NCBI GenBank assembly: GCA_030697685.1
Contig: JAUYPF010000035.1
Span: 1-53,456 of the forward strand
Reading direction: 5' to 3'
DNA from: a bacterium
GTDB taxonomy: Archaea > Nanobdellota > Nanobdellia > SCGC-AAA011-G17 > GW2011-AR17
Length of the DNA: 53,456 nucleotides
The translations under genes and the position numbers were made by a program. The notes beneath the pieces were generated by a model. That model searched no databases, had not been told where the DNA came from, and saw only the letters and a program-made list of their open reading frames with translations. Positions within the stretch are counted from its first letter, which is position 1; each line of letters begins with the position of its first letter. Shown piece by piece: positions 19,487-29,567 of this stretch.

Positions 19487-22396
19487 TAGTTACTACTAAC
19501 GCCATTAGATGGAAGACTTGGTTCAAGACACTGATGAAGGGCGTGGCAAGCAACGAAAAGCTTCGGCGAGCTGCATGCGAGCATTGAACCGAAGATACCC
19601 GAATGAGACTTCTCAGAAAATCCGAAAGGATAAGGAACCTAGGGAATTGAAGCGTCTCAGTACCTAGAGGAAAAAAAATCAATAGAGATTCCGTGAGTAT
19701 CAGCGAGAAAAAACGGAAGAGAGCAAACTGAATCCTACGCAGAAATGCGTTGGAGATGTGGTGTTACAGACTCACCTTTATACCTTAACTTGTTAACTCG
19801 AAGTCTCCTGGAAAGGAGTGCCAAAGAGGATGATAGCTCCGTAGAGAAAAACAAGAAGGAGAGTGAGTATCTTGAGTAATGTACATTGGAAATTGTGCAC
19901 GAATATGGGAGACATCAACTTCCAACTCTAAATATGTCTTGAGTCCGATAGCATATGAGTACCGTGAGGGAAAGTTGAAAAGAACTCGTGATAGAGAGCG
20001 AAAAGAACCTGAAATCTAATGGCTATGGTGAGATACGGCTCCTCGGAGTTGTATCGTACGTTTCGAATAACGAGCCAGGGAGTTTATCTTAGTGGCGAGG
20101 GTAAGTCCATCAAGGACGTACTCGAAGGGAAACCAATTTCTCGCAGTTTACAAGGAGAGAGGTATGAAAATGCCTTTAGTCATTAGGATATGACCCGAAA
20201 CCGGGCGATCTAGTCGTGAGTAAGGTGAAGCCGTTCTCTGAATGGTGGAGGCCTGAAGACGTGCTACGTGCATGTGTTGTTCTAACTTGCGGCTAGGGGT
20301 GAAAAGCCAATCGAGCCCGGTCATAGCTGGTTCCTACCGAAATAGGCCTAAGTCTAGTCTCAGTGGAGATAGTTGAAGAGGTAGAGCGACGGATTTGAGG
20401 ACTCGGGAGAGAAATCTCTCATCCTCTTGTCCAACTCCAAATTTTCCAACATCGTAGAAGCTGGGAAACGGGGATGCTGGGGTAAACTTGCATTCCAAGA
20501 GGGGAACAACCCCAACTATTGTTAAGGTCCCTAAATAGCAACTAAGTGTTAAAGGGTGAAAGGTGTTCATCACCACAGACAGCGGGGAGGTTGGCTTAGA
20601 AGCAGCCATCCTTTAAAGAAAGCGTAACAGCTCACCTGTCAAGGTCATGTGCCCTGAAAATGGACAGGACTAAGTTGTTTACCGATACAATAGTCCTTCA
20701 TACAAGAGTATGAAGAGAGGTAGGTAGGTGTTCTGTGAGGGCAGAACTGCATTCGAGAGAGTGTTGGGACCTCATAGAATTAAGAATCCTGGTAGTAGTA
20801 GGATCTATTTAAAGTGAGAATCTTTAAGACCGAAAGGGCAAGGGTTTCTCAGCAATGTAAATCAGCTGAGAGTTAGTTAGTCCTAACCACAATCCTAACA
20901 GGAACTGTGGGAAAGGGAAAACGGTTAATATTCCGTTACTATAGAAGTACGCGCGGCAACGCAAGCTTTGTTTCTGACACTTTGGAATAGACTCACAAGT
21001 ACCATCGTGCTTGTTAAAAAGAACAAATCAATGGAGTATCATAACGATGAGAAATTGATTACATCTTTGAGGAGCTCATTTTGTGAGTTGAGTTGATATC
21101 TAGAGTCAGTGAAAAAGGAACAGAGAAGGATCTTCTATAACTATACCTAGATCCGACACTGGTGTCCCTGCGTGAGAAGCGCAAGGTCTGAGGGAGTAAT
21201 TTTGTTTAGGGAACTCGACAGATTGGCCCCGTACCTTCGGTATAAGGGGTCCCTGCGATTGTATTTGTATAAGTGCGATTACAGGGTTCAATAACTCGGG
21301 CGATCCGACTGTTTAACAAAAACATAACAAACTGCGAGCCAGAAATGGTGTGTATAGTTTGTGACGTCTGCCCAGTGCTAGTACTTCAAACTCCGGTTCA
21401 ACGGAGCTAAGAGCTAGTAAACGGCGGGAATAACTATAATTCTCTTAAGGTAGCGAAATGCCTTGTCGTTTAATTGACGACCTGCATGAAGGGCGTAACG
21501 AGATCGCTATTGTCCCAAACAAGATCCCCCCGAACATTACATTCTGGTGCAAAGTCCAGAGACTTCCAGTGGGAAGCGGAGACCCCATGGAACTTTACTG
21601 TAGCTTATTGTTGCGATGCGAGTTTTATTGTGTAGCGTAGGTGGGAGTCGCTATGTTCTGGTCGCTAGATCAGGAATAGACAACAATGAAACACCACTCT
21701 ATAGAGCTTGCATTGCTCACTTTCGCAAGAAAGGACAGCAGTTGGTGGACAGTTTGGCTGGGGCGGCACCCAGCTGAAAAGATATCAGTTGGGCCCAAAG
21801 GTAAGCTCATCAGGTTCAGAAATCCTGAGTAGAGTGCAAGAGCAAAAGCTTGCCTGACTGTATTTCGAACAGTAAGAAATGCAGCACCGAAAGGTTGGTC
21901 TAGCGAACCCCTGTGTCCCAATTGATGGGGGCCAGGTATGACAGAAAAGCTATCCTGGGGATAACTGAGTCGTCGCGCCTAAGAGCTCAAATCGACGGCG
22001 CGGCTTGCTACTTCGTTGTCGGCTCATCGCATCCTGGGTGTGCAGAAGCACCCAAGGGTGGAGGTGTTCACTCATTAAAGCGGTTCGTGAGCTGGGTTAA
22101 GAACGTTGCGAGACAGTTTGTATGATATCTACTGGAAGTGCAAAAAGGTCTGAGAGGAAGGAGTATTTAGTACGAGAGGAACGGTACCTCGACGCCTCTG
22201 GTGTATCGCTTATCTGATAAGGTAGGGCGAGCAGCTACGCGTTACATCATAAGTGCTGAAAGCATCTAAGCACGAAAGATACCTCGAAAAGAGACCGAGA
22301 ACTCCTGCAGAAGACAGGGTTGATGGGACTGGCGTGTACGCATCAAGCTTCGGCGAGATGTTCAGCGCGCAGTTACCAATCGTTCGATTTTAGCTA
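19487..22396 (+). rRNA. rrl: 23S rRNA (ends approximate), no large insertion
   Basis: P-loop GGCTGGGGCGG, GGGATAAC, GAGCTGGGTT, sarcin-ricin loop AGTACGAGAGGAAC, GCTGAAAGCATCTAAG. Confidence 0.98.
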
Positions 22397-22625
22397 TTTT
22401 CAAAATCCTTCTTACCTATGCATGGTTTTTTTCTAAATAATATTATTCAGAATAAAAATAAATATTTTTCAATGTTTAAATAAATAATAAAGATAAATAA
22501 AATAATTTTTCTAAAATCTATCTTTGTCGCTCGTTTCACTCGCTGTGCTCAAACGCCGCAGGGCTGCACATATTTGCACTGTATACATACTTCTGAGCAA
22601 CAAGGAAAAAAGACAGATACAAAAA

Positions 22626-23228
22626 TTATAATTTTTTATACATACAAGAGAATTTTTTATTACCAATTTCTTTATCTTGGAAACAAGCTTCTTCTCGAAA
22701 GCCTAATTTCTTATAGAAGGGTATAACATGTTCTGGCGTGAAAAGCGCAACGCCCTGACAATGATTTTTTTCTCGAGCAATAACTTCCCTAGTAAGCAAT
22801 TCTCCATAAGATTTTCCTCGATGCAATGGATCAATATATAAGCGATCCACATACAAATCTATTCCTCTCTTTCCTTGTTCCAAATAATACCACAATGCTC
22901 CAACAACAGTATGTTCTACATCTAAAACAAAACAGCTCCCTTCTCTTTGTATTTCAGATCTTCTTCTTCCTTCCAAAACTTCTCTATCAAATGCTTCAAG
23001 ATACTGACGCAGTATGTCCATATCCTTTCTTTCTTCAGAGCGCACACAAGGATGATTCTGTCTTTCTCTTGGCAGAGTGTCTATATCTAAAAGAACATCC
23101 AAAAATTCTCCATCAAAAGAAAATTTCCGTGGTATTCGAAATCCTTGAAGCTGTATTCGAAGTTCAGATGGAGAAATTCTTCCTGCAAGAAAATCTTCTT
23201 GATATAAACACAAAATTTCAAAATCCAT
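22626..23228 (-). CDS. GNAT N-acetyltransferase (paralog 1)
   Basis: LYIDPLHRGKSYG, VIPFYKKLGF; ATG 23228 with AGGTG upstream. Confidence 0.9.
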   Translation of the reverse strand: MDFEILCLYQEDFLAGRISPSELRIQLQGFRIPRKFSFDGEFLDVLLDIDTLPRERQNHPCVRSEERKDMDILRQYLEAFDREVLEGRRRSEIQREGSCFVLDVEHTVVGALWYYLEQGKRGIDLYVDRLYIDPLHRGKSYGELLTREVIAREKNHCQGVALFTPEHVIPFYKKLGFREEACFQDKEIGNKKFSCMYKKL

Positions 23229-23326
23229 TTGCACCTTTTACAAAGGATTATTTATAAACGAGGGGTTGAAAAATTTTTCAACAAAAAAGAACAGCTTTAT
23301 ATAAGGAATAAAATTTGTTTTTTTAC

Positions 23327-24181
23327 ATGGAAATATATTCACACCCTATTTTTTCTGTGCAAGGAAGAGACTTTCCAGGTCAAGAGCATCCAAATAGATT
23401 ATCACGTGTATGGAATCTCGTTCAAGAAACAGAAAGAGTATATTCCCGAGATCACGATCAGGATCCAGAAATTCGCAGCAAAATTGAAGATGTACACAAT
23501 TACATTGACACAATACAATATACTGGACCTAGTTACACAACAATTGATGAAGAGAGAGAAACTTTCATAGATAGACTTACTTATCGAGCAGGGATTGCAG
23601 CAGTAGTAACAAGCATCTACGCTGCACAAGCAGAAGGTTTTGCCCTTGTTCGCCCACCAGGCCATCACGCTCACGCAGATTATACGCATGGCTTTTGCAT
23701 TTTCAACAATATGGCCATTGCAGCAAAGCAACTTTTGAAAGATGGAGAAAGAGTTCTTGTTTTAGACCTAGACATTCATCATGGCTGTGGAACAGAAGAG
23801 CTTTTAAAAAAAGAACCTGATGCAAAAATGATTTCTCTCTATCAAAGAGGCACAAAAAGAGATTGGCCGGCAAATAATCATTTTACCTATGCCAAAAATT
23901 GTGATCACATTCCCATTAAAGGTGAGGTACATGATAAACGTTATTGCAAAATCTTTGATAAAATTCTCCCTACTATTGATGCTTTTCAACCAACAATCAT
24001 TGGTGTAAGCCTTGGTCTAGATACATTCGAAGGAGAAGCATATGCTTGGAATCTTACAGGAAAATCCTTACAGCATATTCGCCAAAGATTAAAAGGAAGA
24101 AGAATATTTGCTATTCTGGAGGGTGGCTATACAGAAATAGCAATTGAACAAGGCCTTGCAGCTTTTATTGAAGACCCTTAA
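23327..24181 (+). CDS. Zn-dependent histone-deacetylase-family amidohydrolase
   Basis: EHPNR, RPPGHHA, GFCIFNN, DLDIHHGCGT, LEGGY; TATA TTTATATA at 23296-23303 favours ATG 23327. Confidence 0.93.
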   Translation: MEIYSHPIFSVQGRDFPGQEHPNRLSRVWNLVQETERVYSRDHDQDPEIRSKIEDVHNYIDTIQYTGPSYTTIDEERETFIDRLTYRAGIAAVVTSIYAAQAEGFALVRPPGHHAHADYTHGFCIFNNMAIAAKQLLKDGERVLVLDLDIHHGCGTEELLKKEPDAKMISLYQRGTKRDWPANNHFTYAKNCDHIPIKGEVHDKRYCKIFDKILPTIDAFQPTIIGVSLGLDTFEGEAYAWNLTGKSLQHIRQRLKGRRIFAILEGGYTEIAIEQGLAAFIEDP

Positions 24182-24828
24182 ACTAATCTTTTAATTAAAG
24201 ATCGACATGTTCCAGCTTCATTTTTCCTTTTAGGATCATAAGAAAATCCTAATTTTTTATAAAAAGGAACAACCTCTTCTGGAGAACGTAAAGCCACGCT
24301 TCGGCAACCAAAACTTTCGGCATACTCATTAAGTACTTCTTCCATGAGTCTTTTTCCACAATGAAATTTTCGTAGTTCTGGTTTCACATACAAAGAATGA
24401 ACAAAAAATTGATCCTGAGAATTAATTTGGTACCATAATGCTCCTGCAATTCCAGGTTCAAAAACAGAAACTCCAAGTTGAGAAAGATCTTCTGGACTAT
24501 GTTCAAGAACAAGCACATTATCTGGAGCACTATCTTTTACTTTCCCATACAATTCTTTTTCAAAATTATAAAAAAGTTCTTCTATAACAGAAGCATCCTT
24601 TTTAGAAGCGAGTCGCACCAACCCAATAGAATCAATATTTCTTCTCTTTGCTGGTATAAAAGTTTTTTCTGTTGCTTGAAAATTTATGATTGCGAGAAAA
24701 GTAGGATCATAATTTCTTCCTTCTAATTCTTCTGTAGAAATATTTTGCCCTTGAAAAGCAAGAGCAACCTCTCTAATAGTATATATCCCTCCTTTATATC
24801 CAGAATAATACCTCTCAAAGAGATCCAT
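24178..24828 (-). CDS. GNAT N-acetyltransferase (paralog 2)
   Basis: GALWYQ, LYVKPELRKFHCG, VVPFYKKLGF. Confidence 0.9.
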   Translation of the reverse strand: MDLFERYYSGYKGGIYTIREVALAFQGQNISTEELEGRNYDPTFLAIINFQATEKTFIPAKRRNIDSIGLVRLASKKDASVIEELFYNFEKELYGKVKDSAPDNVLVLEHSPEDLSQLGVSVFEPGIAGALWYQINSQDQFFVHSLYVKPELRKFHCGKRLMEEVLNEYAESFGCRSVALRSPEEVVPFYKKLGFSYDPKRKNEAGTCRSLIKRLV

Positions 24829-24950
24829 GAACGTTTTTTTCTTTAAATGTTTATAAAGCTTCAGAGGAGAAATAATACAACAAAACAGTTGAAAGGAAAG
24901 CCTTATAAATAATGACTACTCATTGATAATAACAAAAAGGAGACAAAAAC

Positions 24951-25406
24951 ATGACAAACACATTAGGATATGTTACAGGAGCAGTTTCAGGATTAGCAGT
25001 ACTTTGTGGCTTAGGTTATAGCCTTGAAAACCCGCAACGAGCACTTGTTCCTTTTAATGATACAAAAAGTTCTGTAGAAAGAACACTTGTAAAACCAGAA
25101 GGGTACATTGGAGAGGGAAATCTTTTTGAAGTGCTTGGAGATGCAATCCATGATCTCAGACAAAGAAACCTTCCAACAAGACTAGGAACAATAAATGTAG
25201 GTTTTGGCAACACACCCTATCAAGATCAAAGATTACGTTCTTCACATTATGAGAATGGAAGAGATTTGGCAGAATATCTTGATGATGAATTGCAGGAAAA
25301 AGAGCGAGTAACAGGAATGACAAAAGGAGATCTTACTCTTGCTGGAGCAGGACTTGGTCTTGGGCTTTTAGCAGTCTTAGGATATGCGAATAAGAAGAAA
25401 CCATAA
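24951..25406 (+). CDS. Membrane protein with N- and C-terminal TM helices
   Basis: Gly-rich hydrophobic termini; SD AGGAG; TATA CTTATAAA near 24902. Confidence 0.7.
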   Translation: MTNTLGYVTGAVSGLAVLCGLGYSLENPQRALVPFNDTKSSVERTLVKPEGYIGEGNLFEVLGDAIHDLRQRNLPTRLGTINVGFGNTPYQDQRLRSSHYENGRDLAEYLDDELQEKERVTGMTKGDLTLAGAGLGLGLLAVLGYANKKKP

Positions 25407-25420
25407 AGGAGAATAAAAAA

Positions 25421-26047
25421 ATGAATGAAGAAGAAATACAAAGAATATTTGCAGATCCAGAGAATCAAAGAAGAGTAAATGTATGGTATCAAAGAGAAGT
25501 AGATTATACGGAGCAAGCATTATACAAACAACTGGGTGAAAAACAGCCTTATATAAAGGAAATTTTTGATAGTACAAAATCACAAACAGGTATAGAAAAT
25601 AGAAATAATTTAAAAGTAATGAGAGATACATTAGAAATTTTACTAGGATTACAAACTCTTGAATCTACTCTAACAATTCTTGTAAGGAAGGCACAAGAAA
25701 TTGTTGATAGATGTATTCCAGAGATAGATAGATTTTATCTAGCACTTATAGCACAGACAAAATCTCTCGAAAGAGAATACGGAAAGACTATGGAAGAAAT
25801 TGTTAAGGAAGAACAATATAGAGATGAAATTTACAGAAGAATTTTCCCTACAAGAGAAGAAGCAGAAATGTATATGGTATTATCACATGAACTAGCAAAA
25901 GGAGTAATAGGAATAGAAAAAGTTCTAAACAAAAATCAAAAGACAACAGAATCAGAAAGAGAAGAAGAAATGAAACTAGAATTTCTAAAAGCAATAAGAG
26001 GATATAAAAGAAAAGAATTTGACAGAATTTATGATATATATAATTAA
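25421..26047 (+). CDS. Hypothetical helical protein
   Basis: 208-aa ORF with SD AGGAG. Confidence 0.7.
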   Translation: MNEEEIQRIFADPENQRRVNVWYQREVDYTEQALYKQLGEKQPYIKEIFDSTKSQTGIENRNNLKVMRDTLEILLGLQTLESTLTILVRKAQEIVDRCIPEIDRFYLALIAQTKSLEREYGKTMEEIVKEEQYRDEIYRRIFPTREEAEMYMVLSHELAKGVIGIEKVLNKNQKTTESEREEEMKLEFLKAIRGYKRKEFDRIYDIYN

Positions 26048-26059
26048 AAAAAGGAGAAA

Positions 26060-26701
26060 ATGAACAAAAGTCTTAACCTTGAACTCCAAGTTATCCCAAA
26101 TACTGATAGACTAAGCAGAGCTTTTTTCAGTTCAAAAAAAGAGGTAGTGATAGAAAATCTTTTTGCTCCTACAAGAAGAACCTTTCAAGAAGGTTTAGGT
26201 ATCCCCATTGAAGTTAGTACGAATGAATATGGACAATTTCCTAGAGGAGATATTCTTATTTCCTACACAACACGAGAAGAGTTTGATAGAAGAACAGAAA
26301 TAATTTCAGAATTCAATATGATTAGAGCGTTTTATCTTTCATTCTCTAAAAGAGATTTTCCTGGAGCAGAACTTAACTGGAGAAAAGTTTTAGGGCATTC
26401 AAGAGAAAACAACATTTTCATCTTTTCTGGTCTCCCAAAAATGTTTGCTCTTCGGTATCCTAAAGAGAGAACGGATTTAGAGAAATATTGTACATTCCAA
26501 GGCCATGTTCTTCTCCATGAATTAGGACACACTTTCGGATTAGAACATGCAAGTTATAGAGACATAAGACAGGGAACAACAGACATTATGAGCCAAGGAT
26601 CATCCTATGATTGTTATAAATGGGGAAGATATGATTTTTCAAAAGAAGACAAAGAGAGAATAGCTAAACGAATGAGTGAAGGATGGTCAGATAAAAAATG
26701 A
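26060..26701 (+). CDS. Metzincin zinc metalloprotease (archaemetzincin/matrixin-like)
   Basis: HELGHTFGLEH (HExxHxxGxxH) and Met-turn DIMS. Confidence 0.85.
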   Translation: MNKSLNLELQVIPNTDRLSRAFFSSKKEVVIENLFAPTRRTFQEGLGIPIEVSTNEYGQFPRGDILISYTTREEFDRRTEIISEFNMIRAFYLSFSKRDFPGAELNWRKVLGHSRENNIFIFSGLPKMFALRYPKERTDLEKYCTFQGHVLLHELGHTFGLEHASYRDIRQGTTDIMSQGSSYDCYKWGRYDFSKEDKERIAKRMSEGWSDKK

Positions 26702-26814
26702 TAGACCTTAAACAATTTTTTTCTTTTCAAAATCCAAATCAAGGAAGGTATGCTTCACTTCATGCAGAATCTTATGCCCCTTATTTAGAGACATCATACG
26801 GAAATACCCAATGG
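26698..26814 (+). repeat. 117-bp coding repeat, copy 1 (copy 2 at 28120-28236)
   Basis: 33/39 aa identical; 12 synonymous codon differences by manual count. Confidence 0.92.
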
Positions 26815-27348
26815 GGATTTCTAACACCAGAATGGAATGGAACAATGTATTCTACAGACCCAGAAAAAGCAAAAGAATTTTTTCGCGAAAAACTAAAAGG
26901 AAAACCTCTTATTGATTTAGGCTGTGGACCTTGGCATTGGGCAGAAAGACTTGCTGAAGAATTAGATTTGTCTTTATACATTGGAATAGACCATAGTTTT
27001 GGAAGAAAAGAAGAACAAAGCCTCGAAAGAAATCTTATGAAAGGAAACGGAAAAGTTATTCTCTTAAATGCAAGTATACTACATGCAGTCGCACATCTTC
27101 AATCAGGAGCATATAACATAACAATAAATGGAATTGACCACCACATGATTAGGAATGAAAAATATAGAGATGCAATCGTAGAAGAACTCTGGAGAGCACT
27201 ACAACCAGAATCAACAATCTTTGGATGTAATTCCATATTTTTTGAAAGACTAAAACAAAGAGGGTTTATACAAACAGATTTCCCAGGAAGAAAGAGTCCA
27301 GAATTTCTGGGTGATGAATGGAATGGCTGGTTCTTGGAGAGAAAATGA
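26698..27348 (+). CDS. Class I SAM-dependent methyltransferase-like protein carrying the shared 39-aa N-terminal peptide
   Basis: LIDLGCG, YIGID, ELWRALQPES. Confidence 0.8.
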   Translation: MIDLKQFFSFQNPNQGRYASLHAESYAPYLETSYGNTQWGFLTPEWNGTMYSTDPEKAKEFFREKLKGKPLIDLGCGPWHWAERLAEELDLSLYIGIDHSFGRKEEQSLERNLMKGNGKVILLNASILHAVAHLQSGAYNITINGIDHHMIRNEKYRDAIVEELWRALQPESTIFGCNSIFFERLKQRGFIQTDFPGRKSPEFLGDEWNGWFLERK

Positions 27349-27722
27349 ACAAACAACAACTAGAAGATCTTCTTTTCTTGTCTCAAGAGGAGTATAACGA
27401 TGATAAAAAGGTCAGAAAAAAGGCTATACTTGCAACAACAAATGCTTTTCTCTATGTAGGTTCACATATTCTTGGAAAAAATCTTCAAAATCAAATCATT
27501 GAAAATAATACTGGAGATGCATTTCTCTGTGGTGGATGGTATTTCATAATGAGAATGTGCTTCAATAAAAAAGCCTCAGCAATAGGGGCTTTTGGTGGTG
27601 CAAGTTTTGCGGAGTTCCTCCAATGGGGGTTTAAAGGTTATGATCCAAAAGATTTTGCAGCATATGCTATAGGGGCAGGTCTTGCATATACTTTAGATAA
27701 CCTACTCACAAAACAAAAATGA
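27345..27722 (+). CDS. Small multi-pass membrane protein
   Basis: Hydrophobic helices, AEFLQ...YDPKDFAAYAIG; ATGA overlap at 27345. Confidence 0.7.
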   Translation: MNKQQLEDLLFLSQEEYNDDKKVRKKAILATTNAFLYVGSHILGKNLQNQIIENNTGDAFLCGGWYFIMRMCFNKKASAIGAFGGASFAEFLQWGFKGYDPKDFAAYAIGAGLAYTLDNLLTKQK

Positions 27723-28123
27723 AAACACTACAAGCATTAGTCTTTGCAGCGCTCACATCTTGTGGACCAAAACAGATAGTAATGGAAGTACAAGAAGAAA
27801 TACCTCAAGAAATTCTGCAAGGTTTTGCACGCAAGTATGAAGAGTGTGAAAAGCTTTCCGCACAAGAAAAGATAAATAATTTGGAAAACCCTTATCTTTT
27901 TGCACAACATATTTGTGATACCTATGGTATGGGAACATACAATACACATAGCTGCGAAAAGGAATCCTGGCAGATCGACTGTCACGAAAACAATAGTTTT
28001 GCTTTTACACTAGACAATGATATCGTTTGTTATTCAGACCAAAAAAAATGTATGCAAATAAGTAAAGGATATAAATGGATTGAGTCACCATGGCAAAGAC
28101 CAAAAAGTATGGAGCAGCAATGA
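27719..28123 (+). CDS. Cys-rich putative lipoprotein
   Basis: MKTLQALVFAALTSCG lipobox-like signal. Confidence 0.65.
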   Translation: MKTLQALVFAALTSCGPKQIVMEVQEEIPQEILQGFARKYEECEKLSAQEKINNLENPYLFAQHICDTYGMGTYNTHSCEKESWQIDCHENNSFAFTLDNDIVCYSDQKKCMQISKGYKWIESPWQRPKSMEQQ

Positions 28124-28236
28124 TAGACCTGAAACAACTTTTTTCTTTTGAAAATCCTAATCAAGAAAGATATGCGTCACTCCATGCAGGATCATACACA
28201 CCTTTTTTAGAAACATCTTATGGAAATACTCAGTGG
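28120..28236 (+). repeat. 117-bp coding repeat, copy 2
   Basis: Encodes MIDLKQLFSFENPNQERYASLHAGSYTPFLETSYGNTQW. Confidence 0.92.
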
Positions 28237-29121
28237 TCATTAATGAGATTATTTAGAATTTATAGAAAACTTAAACAGGGAGAAACTGAAGCCTATAAGG
28301 TGTTAGAAGATTTTGTTAGTGAAAATCATTCTTCTCAATTTCCTACTTATCAAAGATGGTCTTCTACTCCTCGTAAACTTGCTTGTCCAGCCTTAACTAC
28401 TATGCTTGGAGAACAATTTTGTTATTTAGAAGATCAAGAATTAACAAGACAGAGAAAAGATATTGCATTATTTTCTGGAGCTGCTGCAAGAATTTCTGAC
28501 GATTTAACTGATTCAAGATTAGTTGAACCAGCAGAAGTTTATTTACTTGATGCTAAACAAAGAGATAATGTAACTGAAGAACAATCTCTTTTTTATTTGT
28601 TTAATGAAAGATTAGAAGAATTAGTTTCACCATTTGATTTTAAGAATAGATTTAGGAACTTAATAAAAAAATATAATGAAGCACAACAAAGAGGAAGAGA
28701 CCTACAAAATCCTCTATCAACTCAAGAAGTAGTAACCATAAAAGACCAAACTGGGGGATATCCTTTTTTATTACTTCATGCTTTAATGTTTCCACATCAA
28801 GAAGACCCTTCTTTAAATTTCTCTCCTAATTATAATCCTAATAATGGAACTGTAAAGACAAAATCTGAAGCATTATTTAATTTGGGTGCTTTAGTTAGTA
28901 GACTCGATGATATTTATGATGAAAAGCTTGATAGGAAAACAGGTCATAAATCATTAGCTACAGAAGGAGTCACTAGTTGGAAAACTATAGAAAAAGAAAT
29001 AGTGTATGTTGATGGTGGGTTGAGACAATTTTATCCTGATGATAGAGTTGAAAAAACAATGGATGATTATAAGGCACAAATTTCAAGATTAGCAGTTCTA
29101 GTTAATAACTGGCTTTTATAA
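28120..29121 (+). CDS. Class I isoprenoid synthase/terpene cyclase-fold protein carrying the shared 39-aa N-terminal peptide
   Basis: Two Asp-rich motifs, SDDLTD and LDDIYDEKLD, plus KDQTGG; start 28120 (ATGA overlap, GGAG upstream). Confidence 0.7.
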   Translation: MIDLKQLFSFENPNQERYASLHAGSYTPFLETSYGNTQWSLMRLFRIYRKLKQGETEAYKVLEDFVSENHSSQFPTYQRWSSTPRKLACPALTTMLGEQFCYLEDQELTRQRKDIALFSGAAARISDDLTDSRLVEPAEVYLLDAKQRDNVTEEQSLFYLFNERLEELVSPFDFKNRFRNLIKKYNEAQQRGRDLQNPLSTQEVVTIKDQTGGYPFLLLHALMFPHQEDPSLNFSPNYNPNNGTVKTKSEALFNLGALVSRLDDIYDEKLDRKTGHKSLATEGVTSWKTIEKEIVYVDGGLRQFYPDDRVEKTMDDYKAQISRLAVLVNNWLL

Positions 29122-29259
29122 TTTTGAAAAATTACAAAAGAGTGAGTTAAATGCTTTAAAAAATTTCTATTGTTTTTATGAAATGCTAAAAATCAGGTGA
29201 TTTTAACTTAACAGCCCACTAAACCAAAACCTTAAATACTCTCTATATCTCATTTCTAA

Positions 29260-29565
29260 TGTAGGCAGGGAGCTCATCACGGCAGAAATGCTGAGGAAAG
29301 TCCAGCCACCAAAGAACTTCGGTTCGAAAAGTTTGCTCTTCAAAAAGAGTTCCTGAAAAGGAAGGCAACCATCCAGAAACGACACGTCCTTGATTTAGGA
29401 TGATAATGGCGAAGTTTCCTGCAAGGGAAATGAGTTAACCCATGGACATTTTTCAAGGGAACGATGAAACGATGAGCCCCAAATGGTGCAAGTCTTTAAG
29501 ACGCTAAGTTGAATCATGAGCACTTCCATAGGCGAAGAACAGAAGCTGGCTTATCCCTGTCTACA
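29260..29565 (+). ncRNA. rnpB: Archaeal RNase P RNA
   Basis: CR-I GAGGAAAGTCC, CAGAAA, TGAAAC, GTGCAA, CR-V AACAGAAGCTGGCTTA; P1 TGTAGGCAGGGA/TCCCTGTCTACA; TATA upstream. Confidence 0.95.
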
Positions 29566-29567
29566 CA

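Noticed and set aside
22430-22515. 5S rRNA or CRISPR leader in the AT-rich tract after the 23S
   Set aside because: No 5S motifs and no downstream repeats; consistent with a terminator/spacer region
29203-29385. 60-aa minus-strand ORF
   Set aside because: Antisense to RNase P RNA
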